Source of the DNA: Bacillota bacterium
Lineage (GTDB): Bacteria; Bacillota_I; Bacilli_A; RFN20; CAG-288
Length of the DNA: 64,000 nt
Assembly: GCA_023459795.1 (NCBI GenBank)
Contig: JAEWSP010000018.1
Coordinates: forward strand, 30,946 to 94,945
Direction of reading: 5' to 3'
Of the stretch, positions 17,411 through 29,280 are shown one piece after another. Position 1 is the first letter of the stretch. Each line of letters begins with the position of its first letter. A program made the translations under genes and the position numbers. The notes under the pieces were generated by a model. The model was not told where the DNA came from, did not search any database, and saw only the letters and a list, made by a program, of their open reading frames with translations.

Positions 17411-18346
17411 TTATTTGCTGTCCGGCTTTGCTCCCATCCAGGTTCTCCCTTCCGTGATGAGCGTCGTCATCAAGGCGACGACATCAAAGAAGAGAAGCAG
17501 GATCAGGGCAACCGGTGTGATTTTCAGTTCCGAAGTGCAGAGCAAAGAGGTGAAGGTGAAGAAGATCAGATTGAAGTAATACAGGTATTTGTAGTCCCCC
17601 GGATAGAAGATGCTGAGGATTCCGCTGATGGTAATGAAGATCATTCCCATTAGCAGCGGGAAGTACATGGCCGTCGAGGAGACCGGATTGTATTTGGCTC
17701 CCAGATTCAGAAGATAGATGGCGGCGGTAACGAGATAGAAGACGAAGGAAAGAATACGGCAGATCCGGGAAAGCTTGATCCCGGATATGATCTTCATCCT
17801 CTTGTCTCCGCTTTCCTCGCTGATCTTCTCTACCCTCTTTTCGACGTCCTCGTTGATCTCCATGCCGTTCGTGACATTGAAGACCGTGTTTCCGTTTCCC
17901 TGCTCATCGAAGGCCGTCCTTCCCTTCTGGAACCTCTGGTAGTAGAGAAGAAAGAAAACCAGGTTCAGGGCAAAGCCGAAAAGGCAGAGGGAGAACTCCG
18001 TCCAGTAGATAGCCCCTAGATCCAAGGTACTGTCCAACGAGGAGATAGGTGTAACCAGGAAGTCTTCCCTGTAGAAGAGAAGGGCAAGAAGAGTTTCCAG
18101 GAAATAGAAGACGGCTGTCTTTATCGGTTTGTAGAGGGTAAAGAGCCCTGTCCCGATGACGATACCCAGGATCATCAGGCTAGGCATGACATTCTTCATC
18201 GTCGAATAGTCGTGGGTGTTATAGAGGATCAAAGACGGAACCACGACAAAGAAGACCTGGGAGAGGAAGACCATAATCCGGTTGTAGATATCGACCCTGG
18301 AAAGAAAGGATGCCAGAGTCTTGAAACGGGCTCGGATTTGTTTCAT
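17411..18346 (-). CDS. hypothetical polytopic membrane protein
   Basis: 311 aa with 8 or more hydrophobic segments; no motif recognised. Confidence 0.5.
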   Translation of the reverse strand: MKQIRARFKTLASFLSRVDIYNRIMVFLSQVFFVVVPSLILYNTHDYSTMKNVMPSLMILGIVIGTGLFTLYKPIKTAVFYFLETLLALLFYREDFLVTPISSLDSTLDLGAIYWTEFSLCLFGFALNLVFFLLYYQRFQKGRTAFDEQGNGNTVFNVTNGMEINEDVEKRVEKISEESGDKRMKIISGIKLSRICRILSFVFYLVTAAIYLLNLGAKYNPVSSTAMYFPLLMGMIFITISGILSIFYPGDYKYLYYFNLIFFTFTSLLCTSELKITPVALILLLFFDVVALMTTLITEGRTWMGAKPDSK

Positions 18347-18437
18347 GCTTCAATTATACCAATACCGGAGAAGAGAATCCCCATAAGCCGAAAAAAGAGA
18401 AACCCCGGAAAGAGAAAGCAAGGCTCCCTGTGGTAGA

Positions 18438-20132
18438 ATGATAAGGAGGAATAAAGAATTGGCTTATCAAGCTTATTACAACAAATACCGCCCTCAGACC
18501 TTCGATGAAGTCGTAGGCCAGAAGGCTATCGTCTCCACCCTTAAGAATGCCCTCCGCGAAGGAAAGATTGCCCACGCGTACCTTTTCTGTGGTCCGAGAG
18601 GAACAGGAAAGACGACCATGGCAAGACTCCTTGCCAAAGCCCTCAACTGCAAAGAAGGAATCGGAAGGCAGTGCAACAAATGCGACGACTGCACGAAGAT
18701 CAGCAAGGGCGAGCATCCGGATGTCATCGAGATCGATGCCGCTTCAAATTCCACCGTCGACTCCGTCAGGGCACTGATCGACAACGTCTCCTACCAGCCG
18801 ATCATGGGCCGCTACAAGGTCTATATCATCGACGAAGTCCACAACATGTCCAACTCCGCATTCAACGCCCTTCTGAAGACTTTGGAGGAGCCGCCGTCGT
18901 TTGTCGTCTTCATTTTGGCAACAACCGAACCCCAGAAGATTATTCCGACCATTCTCTCCCGTGTCCAGCGCTTTGATTTCTCCAAGGTCACGGACACGGA
19001 TCTGATCGAGAACATGGAGCATATCCTGAAGAGCGAGAATATCTCCTACGAAGAGGAAGCCCTGAAGCTGGTCGCATCCCTTAGCGACGGCGGAGTAAGA
19101 GACTCTCTTTCTCTGCTCGATCAGCTCGTCTCCTATTCCGGAGACAAGGTTACCGCGGAAGATGCCAACAATCTTTTCGGACTCTTATCTACCGGCGAGG
19201 AACTGAAGCTAGTCGAAGCAATCGAGAAGAAGGATTCCGATACTCTGATCAAATCCGTTCGGGAACGTTACCAGAAGGGAGCCGATATCCCCCGTCTCCA
19301 TAACGACCTGATCGCTATCTACAAGGACCTTCTGATCTACACCGCTACCAAAGACAAGACCCTTCTAGAAAAGCTTAGCGAAGAAGAAGCAAAAAGCTTC
19401 TCCATCCCCGCTTCCAACTTGGAAGTTTCTTTGCGCTGTTTAATCGATGCTGCAAGGGATTACCGGACTTCGGACAATGTCCTTTCCCACTTCGAGCTTT
19501 CCCTTATGAAGCTCCTATATGCCCCTGTAGATACCCATATCGTCGTCTCTTCCAGAAAACCGGCTGCTAGTTCTTCCCCGGTTTCTGTTGCTCCTTCCGA
19601 AAAGGTCCTAGCAACCAAACCTATTGCCGTAGCCTCCAAGAAGAGCGGAGAAGTCTTCAAGCCCAAGGATGATCCCAAGGCATCCGGGAAGATCGGATAT
19701 ACGATCAACGATCTGGCCAACCTCATGAACCTTGCCGTCACCAAGGAGAATGTGGTCTTCCGGAAGAACATCGATACCGCCTGGGAACAGATCAAGCTCT
19801 TCTTCCAGGGCGATGACGACTTCTTTGCTGTTCCTCTCTACGGAAGCAAGGCAAGGTTATATGCCAACAATATCCTTGTCTGCACGAATCCGGTTCCGAT
19901 AGAGCTCGACAAGCTGAACGACAAGAAAGCAGAAGCCTCTCTGATGAAGATCGCCTTAGGCGCCTTCAAAGAAAACATCCATGTCCTTGTCGTCTCCGTA
20001 CCGGACTTCAAGGAAGCCTATGACTGCTTCCGGAACAAGAAGTTTGTGGAAGGGCCTGTCAACATCGACTTCGGCGAATCCAAGGCAAAAGAAAACTCTA
20101 CGGATTTCTTCAACGATCTGATGAAGAAATAG
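18438..20132 (+). CDS. dnaX: DNA polymerase III subunit gamma/tau
   Basis: Walker A GPRGTGKTT, zinc module CNKCDDC, box VII SRVQRF. Confidence 0.9.
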   Translation: MIRRNKELAYQAYYNKYRPQTFDEVVGQKAIVSTLKNALREGKIAHAYLFCGPRGTGKTTMARLLAKALNCKEGIGRQCNKCDDCTKISKGEHPDVIEIDAASNSTVDSVRALIDNVSYQPIMGRYKVYIIDEVHNMSNSAFNALLKTLEEPPSFVVFILATTEPQKIIPTILSRVQRFDFSKVTDTDLIENMEHILKSENISYEEEALKLVASLSDGGVRDSLSLLDQLVSYSGDKVTAEDANNLFGLLSTGEELKLVEAIEKKDSDTLIKSVRERYQKGADIPRLHNDLIAIYKDLLIYTATKDKTLLEKLSEEEAKSFSIPASNLEVSLRCLIDAARDYRTSDNVLSHFELSLMKLLYAPVDTHIVVSSRKPAASSSPVSVAPSEKVLATKPIAVASKKSGEVFKPKDDPKASGKIGYTINDLANLMNLAVTKENVVFRKNIDTAWEQIKLFFQGDDDFFAVPLYGSKARLYANNILVCTNPVPIELDKLNDKKAEASLMKIALGAFKENIHVLVVSVPDFKEAYDCFRNKKFVEGPVNIDFGESKAKENSTDFFNDLMKK

Positions 20133-20146
20133 AAAGGACCAGAAGC

Positions 20147-20494
20147 ATGGACAACAACAGCGACGATCCCAATCTCAACAAGGCCAAGACAGCAGCCGAT
20201 ATGGCAGTCCTTCAGAGCCAGATCGGGGAATACAAGAAGAAACTTGCCGACCTGCAGTCCAAGGTCTACACGGGAAGATACAAGGGAGTGACGATCCAGA
20301 TGCGGGGAGACTATACCGTTGTGGATGTGTCTCTTGACCAGGCTGTATATGAGACAGCCTCCAAATCCATGATGGAGCAGAGCATCCTCATCTGCCTTTC
20401 CAATCTCCATCTGGCGGCCGTCAACGAATCCAAGACCCTTACGGACGAACTCCAGAAGATGCTTCAGAACTACCAGATCCCCGGGCTTTCCTAA
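20147..20494 (+). CDS. ybaB: YbaB/EbfC nucleoid-associated protein
   Basis: 115 aa located between dnaX and recR. The C-terminus IPGLS is typical of the family. Confidence 0.8.
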   Translation: MDNNSDDPNLNKAKTAADMAVLQSQIGEYKKKLADLQSKVYTGRYKGVTIQMRGDYTVVDVSLDQAVYETASKSMMEQSILICLSNLHLAAVNESKTLTDELQKMLQNYQIPGLS

Positions 20495-21115
20495 ATGGAA
20501 GAACTCAAGACCATCTCGGCTTTGATCCTCTGCTACAAGAAGCTCCCCGGAATCGGAGAGAAGACAGCAGAGAGGCTTGCCTACGGCACGCTATCCCTTA
20601 CTCCGGAAGACAGGGAGGAATTCATCCAGGCCTTAAGCGACAGCTCCCTGAAGGTCCGGCCCTGCCCGGACTGCGGGCTTTTCTGTGAAGACGGGAACTG
20701 CCCGATCTGCAAAGACCCTGCAAGGAACCATAAGGAGATGATGATCGTCAGCAACCCGAAAGACATCTACACAATCGAGAAGACGAAAGGGTATGACGGC
20801 ATCTACTTCACGCTTTCGGGAACTCTCTCCCCGCTTAGGAACAGAACCCCGGAAAGGATCGGTATTCCGAAACTCAGGGAGAAGGTCGAGAAAGAAGGGA
20901 TCGAAGAACTGATCCTCGCTCTTCCGACAGACCTCGACGGGGAAACGACATCCCTGTACCTAGCCAACCTGTTCAAAGGAACGAAGACGAAGGTTACAAG
21001 GCTTGCATACGGAATCCCGATCGGAACAAACCTGGAATACCTCGACAATATGACCATCTCCCAGTCCATCCGCGGAAGAGTCGATATGGAGAGCAGTGAA
21101 AAGAAGGAGAAATAA
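20495..21115 (+). CDS. recR: recombination protein RecR
   Basis: HhH motif LPGIGEKTAERLA, a C4 zinc finger, and a Toprim region. Confidence 0.9.
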   Translation: MEELKTISALILCYKKLPGIGEKTAERLAYGTLSLTPEDREEFIQALSDSSLKVRPCPDCGLFCEDGNCPICKDPARNHKEMMIVSNPKDIYTIEKTKGYDGIYFTLSGTLSPLRNRTPERIGIPKLREKVEKEGIEELILALPTDLDGETTSLYLANLFKGTKTKVTRLAYGIPIGTNLEYLDNMTISQSIRGRVDMESSEKKEK

Positions 21116-21117
21116 TC

Positions 21118-21768
21118 ATGAATCCAGAATATCCCGGACTGTTCGTCTCTGTCGAAGGCTGCGACGGATGCGGAAAGACGACCGTCATCGCCTTATTGAA
21201 GAAAGCCCTCGAAGAGAAGGGAGTCACTCCTCTTGTCACCCGGGAGCCGGGAGGAGGAAGGATTGCGGAAAGCATCCGTGCCATCATCCTCGACAAGGAG
21301 AATACGAACGAAGACAAGAGGACGGAAGCCCTCCTTTATGCTGCCAGCAGAAGGCAGCATCTGGTCGATGTCGTGATTCCTGCCCTCCAGAAGGGGACAT
21401 TGGTTATCTCCGACCGGTATCTGGACTCCTCTCTGGCTTATCAGGGATATGCCAGAGGCATCGGCATCGAGGAAGTTTATTCGATCAACGCTTTTGCTAT
21501 CGACGGCTATATGCCGGAGATTACTTTCTACCTGGATCTTCCTCCTAAGGAAGGTCTTGCCAGAATCGCTGCCCATCGTTCCGATAAGGTGGACCGCCTG
21601 GATGTAGAGAAGCTCAGCTTCCATGAGAAGGTCTACGAAGGATACAAGATTGTCAACGAGAAGTACAAGGACAGGATCGTCAGGATCGACGCCCATAAGA
21701 CTCCGGAAGAGGAAGTACAGGAGATCCTTCCGATCCTCCTTCTGAAATACCAGGAGAAGAAGCAGTAG
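21118..21768 (+). CDS. tmk: thymidylate kinase
   Basis: P-loop EGCDGCGKTT and DRY motif. Confidence 0.9.
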   Translation: MNPEYPGLFVSVEGCDGCGKTTVIALLKKALEEKGVTPLVTREPGGGRIAESIRAIILDKENTNEDKRTEALLYAASRRQHLVDVVIPALQKGTLVISDRYLDSSLAYQGYARGIGIEEVYSINAFAIDGYMPEITFYLDLPPKEGLARIAAHRSDKVDRLDVEKLSFHEKVYEGYKIVNEKYKDRIVRIDAHKTPEEEVQEILPILLLKYQEKKQ

Positions 21769-21771
21769 TCC

Positions 21772-22758
21772 ATGGATGAGAAGACCCTTGAAGAGAAGGA
21801 GGGAAGAGCTTATAAGCTCTTCCTCAATTCCAGGAAGAAGAACCGCCTAGCAAACAGCTATCTCCTTGCCGGGGAAGAGAATTCCCCGCTTAAGGAGGTA
21901 GCCTTGTATCTTGCCATGTCCCTCAACTGCGAGACTTCTCTTTTCGGTTGCGGGCATTGCCCTAGCTGCCTTAGGTTTCAAGCCGGGGTAAGACCGGACT
22001 TCGTGCTTATTGACGGAAGCACGGAGCCTATCAAGAAGGAACAGATCCAGGATCTGGAGAAGAAGTTCTCCCTCTCCGCTCTGGAGAAGAACCACCGCCT
22101 TTCGTATGTCATCCACCATGTCGAGAACATCACCGAGGAAGCTGCAAACTCCCTCCTGAAGTTCCTGGAGGAACCGAAGGCAGGGCAGATTGCTTTCCTG
22201 ACGACGACTTCCCCGGCCCGTGTCCTCAATACGATCAAGAGCCGCTCCATCCAGGTTCCGATCGATCCTTACGGGACCAAGGAACTGGAAGAGGAACTAA
22301 GCAAGACGGAATTTCCTGTCGGGAAGAAGAAAACCCTTCTTCCGGCCGGGGAATGCTATATCCTCTCCCACCTTACTCCGTCCAAGGAAGAGGCGTTCTC
22401 CCTTTTCGGAGAAGACAGTTTCTTCCACCAGGGATACCAGATGGCGGAAGCCGTCCTATCCGATTACCTGGTCTCCGACCTATGTATGTCGAACAGCCTT
22501 CTTCTGCAAACCAGCCGGTCCAAATCGAGTCTATGCTATAATTGGATGATTCAAATTCTCCTCTTCGTTCTGGAAGAAAGCCTGAAGAAAGAAGAAACAG
22601 ATTCTTCTTTTGCCGATATCGAGAAGAAGCTAAGCCAGGATCCGGAAAGGACTCTTAGGGGCGTGGAACTCTTAAGGGACATCCTTTCGAACAGGAACCT
22701 AAACTACAATCCCGCCCTCTCCTCTGCCCGGCTTCTTCGTGCCTTGAGGAAGGAGTAA
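21772..22758 (+). CDS. holB: DNA polymerase III delta' subunit
   Basis: 328 aa. AAA+-like with a C-x2-C...C-x2-C module and SRS motif. It follows tmk, the conserved position. Confidence 0.75.
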   Translation: MDEKTLEEKEGRAYKLFLNSRKKNRLANSYLLAGEENSPLKEVALYLAMSLNCETSLFGCGHCPSCLRFQAGVRPDFVLIDGSTEPIKKEQIQDLEKKFSLSALEKNHRLSYVIHHVENITEEAANSLLKFLEEPKAGQIAFLTTTSPARVLNTIKSRSIQVPIDPYGTKELEEELSKTEFPVGKKKTLLPAGECYILSHLTPSKEEAFSLFGEDSFFHQGYQMAEAVLSDYLVSDLCMSNSLLLQTSRSKSSLCYNWMIQILLFVLEESLKKEETDSSFADIEKKLSQDPERTLRGVELLRDILSNRNLNYNPALSSARLLRALRKE

Positions 22759-22764
22759 ACAAAG

Positions 22765-24162
22765 ATGGCAACTACTTTATTAGGAATCCCTTTTGATTTC
22801 AGCGGAATGAACTACTATCAGACCAACAGGGATGTTTCTCTCGGTTCCGAGGTTGTAGTCACAACCCCTCACGGGACCTTTTTAGGGACGGTCAAGAAGA
22901 TCCGTCTGGCAACGGAAGAAGAACTGAAGAAGCCGGATTTCAGCCGTCTTTTCCCTCGGATCGATAGGATTGCTACTTTCCAGGATGTCCAGTTTGCTAC
23001 AGACAACCAGGCAAAAGCCAAGGACATCGTCCATAAGTCCCAGGCCCAGGCCAACTCCCTGAAGCTGGATATGAAGATCCTGAATGCCTACTTCGACCTC
23101 GACGAATCGAAGGTGCTGATCACCTTCGCTGCCGATGCAAGAGTCGACTTCCGGGAACTGGTCCATATCCTCAACGGAATGTTCCATTCCAAGGTCGAGT
23201 TCCGTCAGATCGGAACCCGCGACCAGGCAAGAGTCATCGGCGGTATCGGCCCCTGCGGATTACCCCTCTGCTGTGCTTCTTTCCTGACCAAGTTTGATGT
23301 CATCAGCATCTCCATGGCGAAGAACCAGCTTCTCTCCCTCAATATCCCGAAGATCTCCGGACAGTGCGGAAAGCTTATGTGCTGCCTGAAGTATGAAGAC
23401 AAGGCCTATAGCGAGATACGTCCCCTCTATCCTAAGATGGGAACCAAGTTCGCTTACCAGGGAAGCACGTATTCCGTCTCCGGATTGAATCTGCTTACGG
23501 ATACGATCACGGCCTATAACGGGGACAACTACGAATCCTTCTCCAGGGAAGAGTTCAACAGAGTAAAGCAAGGCTTAACTAAGTGTGACCCGACTGCTGT
23601 ACCTGTCCTTAAGGATATCAACTCCGGTGTCGATCTTTCCGGAAAAGGCATCTCCGAAACCAACAGAAGAATTGCAGCTATCAAGGAGAGCGAAGAAACC
23701 CACAAGGAAGAGATCCGGAGAACCAGCGACCACTACGGAAGGAACAGGAACGGACAGCATCAGAACAGTTTCCACAGCCAGCATCAAAGCCACGGAAACC
23801 CGAATCCGTATTCTCCTTCTGCTGCTGCGCCTTCTACCGCAAAGCCGTCTACTCCGGAAATGGATATGCCGACTACTGCCTGTTCCTTCTCCCAGTCGAA
23901 TCCGAATAACCAGAATCATTCCTACCACGGACAGAACAACAACCATGGAGGAAGTTTCCACGGCTCCAACAACAGCTACCATTCCCATAACGGCAACAAC
24001 CATCAGAGAAGCTACGGAAATCCTTTCCATGCCTCTCCGAAGCCTTCTACCTCCGCCCCTGCTACCAAGAAGGAGTCCGGATATATCTCCGTCAGTTCGA
24101 TTGCCGACCGTTCGGTCCTCGATGTAAAGCCAGGCAGCAAGAAGAGCAATGATAAGAAATAG
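22765..24162 (+). CDS. ricT: PSP1-domain protein RicT (YaaT) with long His/Asn/Ser/Pro-rich C-terminal extension
   Basis: Conserved PSP1 core with cysteine clusters GLPLCCASFL and CGKLMCCLKYE. The last ~170 aa are low-complexity. Confidence 0.8.
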   Translation: MATTLLGIPFDFSGMNYYQTNRDVSLGSEVVVTTPHGTFLGTVKKIRLATEEELKKPDFSRLFPRIDRIATFQDVQFATDNQAKAKDIVHKSQAQANSLKLDMKILNAYFDLDESKVLITFAADARVDFRELVHILNGMFHSKVEFRQIGTRDQARVIGGIGPCGLPLCCASFLTKFDVISISMAKNQLLSLNIPKISGQCGKLMCCLKYEDKAYSEIRPLYPKMGTKFAYQGSTYSVSGLNLLTDTITAYNGDNYESFSREEFNRVKQGLTKCDPTAVPVLKDINSGVDLSGKGISETNRRIAAIKESEETHKEEIRRTSDHYGRNRNGQHQNSFHSQHQSHGNPNPYSPSAAAPSTAKPSTPEMDMPTTACSFSQSNPNNQNHSYHGQNNNHGGSFHGSNNSYHSHNGNNHQRSYGNPFHASPKPSTSAPATKKESGYISVSSIADRSVLDVKPGSKKSNDKK

Positions 24163-25015
24163 TCCCTACGATCATCCGGAAGGTCCGCTTGTCTCCTTGG
24201 TGGCAACACCGATCGGGAACATCAAGGACATCACTCTCCGGGCATTGGATGCCTTCAAGGAAGCCGATGTCATCGCCTGCGAGGATACCAGGAATACTGG
24301 TCTCCTTCTTTCCCGTCTCGGGATAAAGCCTAAGAAGCTTGTCTCCCTCTATGCCCAGACGGAAGCCAAGAACGCAAAGCTTCTTGTCGAGGAAGCCAAG
24401 AAGAAGAACTGGAAGGTCTGCTACTGCAGCGATGCCGGAATGCCCGGAATCAGCGATCCCGGTGCTCTCCTGGTCCAGGCCTGCCAGGAACAGGGCGTAC
24501 CCTCTACCATCCTTCCCGGGCCAAGCGCATCCCTTTCCGCTTTGGTTTTAAGCGGAATCGACAGTGCCGACTTCTCCTTCTACGGTTTCCTTCCGACCAA
24601 GGCCGGACAGGAGAAGACGATGCTAAGTAAGCTAGTAGACCGGGAAGAAACCCTGATCTTCTATGAATCCCCGAAGAGAGTCTACAAGACTCTTGCCGTC
24701 ATGGAGGAAGTCTTCGGACCGAAGAGGGAAGTTGCCCTTGTAAGAGAGCTTTCCAAGATCCATGAGGAAGTCGTCCATGGGACTATGGAAGAGCTTGTGA
24801 AGAACATCACGGAAGAAGTGAAAGGGGAATGCGTCATCCTCGTGAAAGGTTCCTCTTTGAAAGAGGAGCAGGCCCCTGAAGAAGACGTTCTCTCCCTTCT
24901 GAAGAAGGGAATGAAGGAGAAGATTCCTCTTACCCAGCTAGCCAAGGACGTCAGCAAGAAGACCGGCAGAAAGAAAAGCGACGTTTATTCGCTTGCACTA
25001 ACGCTGAAGAAGTAA
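24149..25015 (+). CDS. rsmI: 16S rRNA (cytidine1402-2'-O)-methyltransferase
   Basis: Tetrapyrrole-methylase fold N-terminus LVATPIGN..DIT.RAL......DVIACEDTR. Confidence 0.85.
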   Translation: MIRNSPYDHPEGPLVSLVATPIGNIKDITLRALDAFKEADVIACEDTRNTGLLLSRLGIKPKKLVSLYAQTEAKNAKLLVEEAKKKNWKVCYCSDAGMPGISDPGALLVQACQEQGVPSTILPGPSASLSALVLSGIDSADFSFYGFLPTKAGQEKTMLSKLVDREETLIFYESPKRVYKTLAVMEEVFGPKREVALVRELSKIHEEVVHGTMEELVKNITEEVKGECVILVKGSSLKEEQAPEEDVLSLLKKGMKEKIPLTQLAKDVSKKTGRKKSDVYSLALTLKK

Positions 25016-25020
25016 AAAAG

Positions 25021-25049
25021 ATGCCGGAGCCCTGTGCTCCGGCATTTTG
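25021..25049. terminator. bidirectional intrinsic terminator
   Basis: ATGCCGGAGC-cctgt-GCTCCGGCAT flanked by an A-run and a T-run, between convergent genes. Confidence 0.7.
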
Positions 25050-25050
25050 C

Positions 25051-25914
25051 TTACATCTCTTCTTCCTGAGTCTTGCGGATATCGGCAAGCGAATCGCAGA
25101 TCGCCATCTTCTTGATTTCGTTCTTGATGATCTTATCGAAGGAACCTTTCTCCCGGTAATCGGCAGGAGTCAGGAAGTCGACTCTTCCGTCCTGGAAGAG
25201 CTGTTTGGCAACCGGCTTCTTCCCCTTGCCGTAGACGGCGATAGAGACACCGCCCTTTTCCCGGACAAGCTTCATGCAGGGAACATCCGTAAGACCATCG
25301 GCGATATAGACCATATCCCGGAAAGGAATCGGCTTCTCGCTGTCCGGAACGGACTCGTTCAGTCTCCGGCTGTCCGAGATATCGAGCTCTCCCTTGCAGA
25401 CACGAAAGAGGAACTGGGTCTTGGTCGTATAGTTGACAGCAGACTTCGGCCAGACGGCTTCTCCGTTCTGGTCATAGAGGAATTCGCAGGCAAAGATCGC
25501 CTTGAAATACTTGGCAATCGAAGAACCTTCGATGATCTCCTTGTTTCCGGAACTGATGACGTAATGCTGGATCTCGACTCCGTTCTGAAGTCCGAACGCA
25601 TTGATCCTAGGGAACCACTCTTCGACGCCGGGGAAGAAACGGATTCCTTTCCCCATGGCAACGAAGGCATCCCTGGTAATAGGAAGATTCTTCCTCCTCG
25701 ACATCTGCAGCATCAGATACATATAGGCAAGCTGCCCGTCCATCCCGTTGTCATGGGCCAGTTTGTTCGTTTCATTCCAGAATTCATCCGGTTTGATCTT
25801 CAGGGAAGGGATGAAGCTGTAGTTCTGCATATCCGTAGTGCAGAGAGTTCGGTCGAAGTCGTATAGGAGAGCGATGATCGGTTTTCTTTCTATGGCATTC
25901 ATCCTTGCCTCCAA
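25051..25914 (-). CDS. HAD-superfamily hydrolase-like protein
   Basis: 287 aa with motif I DFDRT and a later DG.TD motif. Confidence 0.55.
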   Translation of the reverse strand: MEARMNAIERKPIIALLYDFDRTLCTTDMQNYSFIPSLKIKPDEFWNETNKLAHDNGMDGQLAYMYLMLQMSRRKNLPITRDAFVAMGKGIRFFPGVEEWFPRINAFGLQNGVEIQHYVISSGNKEIIEGSSIAKYFKAIFACEFLYDQNGEAVWPKSAVNYTTKTQFLFRVCKGELDISDSRRLNESVPDSEKPIPFRDMVYIADGLTDVPCMKLVREKGGVSIAVYGKGKKPVAKQLFQDGRVDFLTPADYREKGSFDKIIKNEIKKMAICDSLADIRKTQEEEM

Positions 25915-26052
25915 TCCAGAAACCTATGTTTCCAATTATTTCTTGCCTTTATTCTAATGTTTCCCAATAGGCAATGCTAGATTGGGAGGCCTAAAGAAGA
26001 GAAGAAATGCCCTTCCTCTCCACCGGAAAAGAAAAAGCACTATAATAGCGGT

Positions 26053-26334
26053 ATGAAAAAATGTCCACATTGCGGGAAAGAAATCCCGGAAGAAGACTGG
26101 CTCTGTCCGTTCTGCCATTCCCCGGTTCCGGTCACCGGAAAAGGAACCGGCCATAGCCGGAGCGACAATTATAAAGAAGAATACGAGAAGGAGCCTATAA
26201 GCGGAGAAGACAAGGAGATGCTACTGGACAGCAACACAGCTTCTTCTTCCGATGATGACGGGGTTGCACCGGCAAGTCCGTATCCGGACAGCGATACTGC
26301 CTACAGCGATCTGACAAAGCATTTTGACCAATAG
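26053..26334 (+). CDS. zinc-ribbon protein with acidic tail
   Basis: 93 aa with CPHCG...CPFC. Confidence 0.5.
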   Translation: MKKCPHCGKEIPEEDWLCPFCHSPVPVTGKGTGHSRSDNYKEEYEKEPISGEDKEMLLDSNTASSSDDDGVAPASPYPDSDTAYSDLTKHFDQ

Positions 26335-26442
26335 AGTGACCTCTGTTGGTCTTTTTTATAGAGCTTTGCTGCTTTTCCTGTGGAAAAGAAAAACGGCAGT
26401 CTTATAAGAAACTGCCGTATCCGAATCTATCCGTTTCAAGGA

Positions 26443-26847
26443 CTAGGCTTTTTGCTGGGATCTATTCTTTGCTTCCTTGGCTCTTTTCCAGAAGGGAACA
26501 GTCATTCCGATCAGAAGGAAGAGGAAAAGAAGAACGATCCAGAATCCGTAATACCGGATATCCCAACTCGAGGAATCAAAAAGAAAGCAAAACAAGCCTA
26601 GATAAATCGCCTGGCTCACGACAGCAAGACCAGGAAATAGTTTTGTAGGAGATCCTTTCTTCCACTCCAGAAGGAAGACCAGAACCAATAAGACAAGACC
26701 TAGAACCAGCGGCAGGACTCCGGCTATCAGAATGCCCGAAGCCGTGAGGGAATAGTCTTTCATGAAAACATCCGGGTAGGAGCCGATCAGAAGGAAGAAG
26801 GAAGCTACAGAAAACAAGACGAAATCAACCAAAGAAATTCTTTTCAT
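26443..26847 (-). CDS. hypothetical membrane protein
   Basis: 134 aa with 4 hydrophobic segments. Confidence 0.45.
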   Translation of the reverse strand: MKRISLVDFVLFSVASFFLLIGSYPDVFMKDYSLTASGILIAGVLPLVLGLVLLVLVFLLEWKKGSPTKLFPGLAVVSQAIYLGLFCFLFDSSSWDIRYYGFWIVLLFLFLLIGMTVPFWKRAKEAKNRSQQKA

Positions 26848-27161
26848 GCTTTTACAGGTCTCCGGCCTTCGGTTTCTGCTTTTTCTAAATAGTCTAGCTC
26901 CATATAAGGATACATATCCGTTTGTCTAATTCTATAAGATTTTATACCCACCCCAATAAGAATGCAAACAATTGCAGCTTTTGGGCTTTCTGTTTATCGG
27001 CTGTTTGTTTTTTTGCAGGCATCATATTTTAACGTTTAGTATTATCTCCTTGTCCATAACCTACATAAGGCTCTTGGAGCAGAGGGCAAAAAGAAGCCAA
27101 CAAAAAGGCCTTCCCTGCAATCGCAGGGAAGGCTGTTTTCTTCTCTTCTAGGAAGGATGGA

Positions 27162-28799
<1,638 letters not shown>

Positions 28800-28812
28800 T
28801 TACCTCTTTCGT

Positions 28813-29094
28813 TTAGTCGACAACGGCCAGGATATCCTTATCCTGGATCAGCATGTACTTCTTGCCGTTCTGATCAACGTCCGTTGTCGAATACTTCTTA
28901 TAGATAACCTTCTCGCCGGCTGCAGCCTGAACAGTAATCTTATGGCCTTCCGAATCTGTATAGCCAGGTCCGACAGCGACGACGGTAGCGACAGCGGAAT
29001 CATTCTCGTGAGTGCTGGCAATGATGATGGAACCAACCTTCTTCTCTTCCGGAAGCTTCTCTAAAACGACATAATCGCGTAATGGCTTGATCAT
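28813..29094 (-). CDS. groES: co-chaperonin GroES
   Basis: The start is set at MIKPLRDYVVLE, 93 aa, because GGAGG lies 8 nt upstream. The longer listed ORF adds non-homologous residues. Confidence 0.93.
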   Translation of the reverse strand: MIKPLRDYVVLEKLPEEKKVGSIIIASTHENDSAVATVVAVGPGYTDSEGHKITVQAAAGEKVIYKKYSTTDVDQNGKKYMLIQDKDILAVVD

Positions 29095-29151
29095 AAATAA
29101 CCTCCATTTTTCTTTGTGAAGTCGAACAGCAATGTTATTATAACCCGACAA

Positions 29152-29178
29152 TTAGCAATTTCAAGGGCCAAGTGCTAA
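29152..29178 (-). promoter_or_regulatory. CIRCE-like operator (HrcA site) overlapping the groES promoter
   Basis: Minus strand reads TTAGCACTT-n9-AATTGCTAA, against the consensus TTAGCACTC-n9-GAGTGCTAA. TTGAAA lies inside the spacer and TATAAT lies 16-17 nt downstream. Confidence 0.75.
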
Positions 29179-29280
29179 CTTTTCTTTTTAAGTGCCGAAA
29201 AGTGCCTTTGTTATCGCAATAAATAAAAACGCATCCAACCCAATTTGAGGCTGGCTGCGTTCTTTTTTGACTCTATTTGA

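Noticed and set aside
19380-19400. Programmed frameshift site in dnaX (CAAAAAG)
   Set aside because: It has only five As rather than the A-AAA-AAG heptamer, and no downstream hairpin is evident.
25021-25866. 281-aa plus-strand ORF
   Set aside because: It is antisense to the HAD-like gene (DFDRT motif). Its apparent start lies inside the rsmI terminator hairpin.
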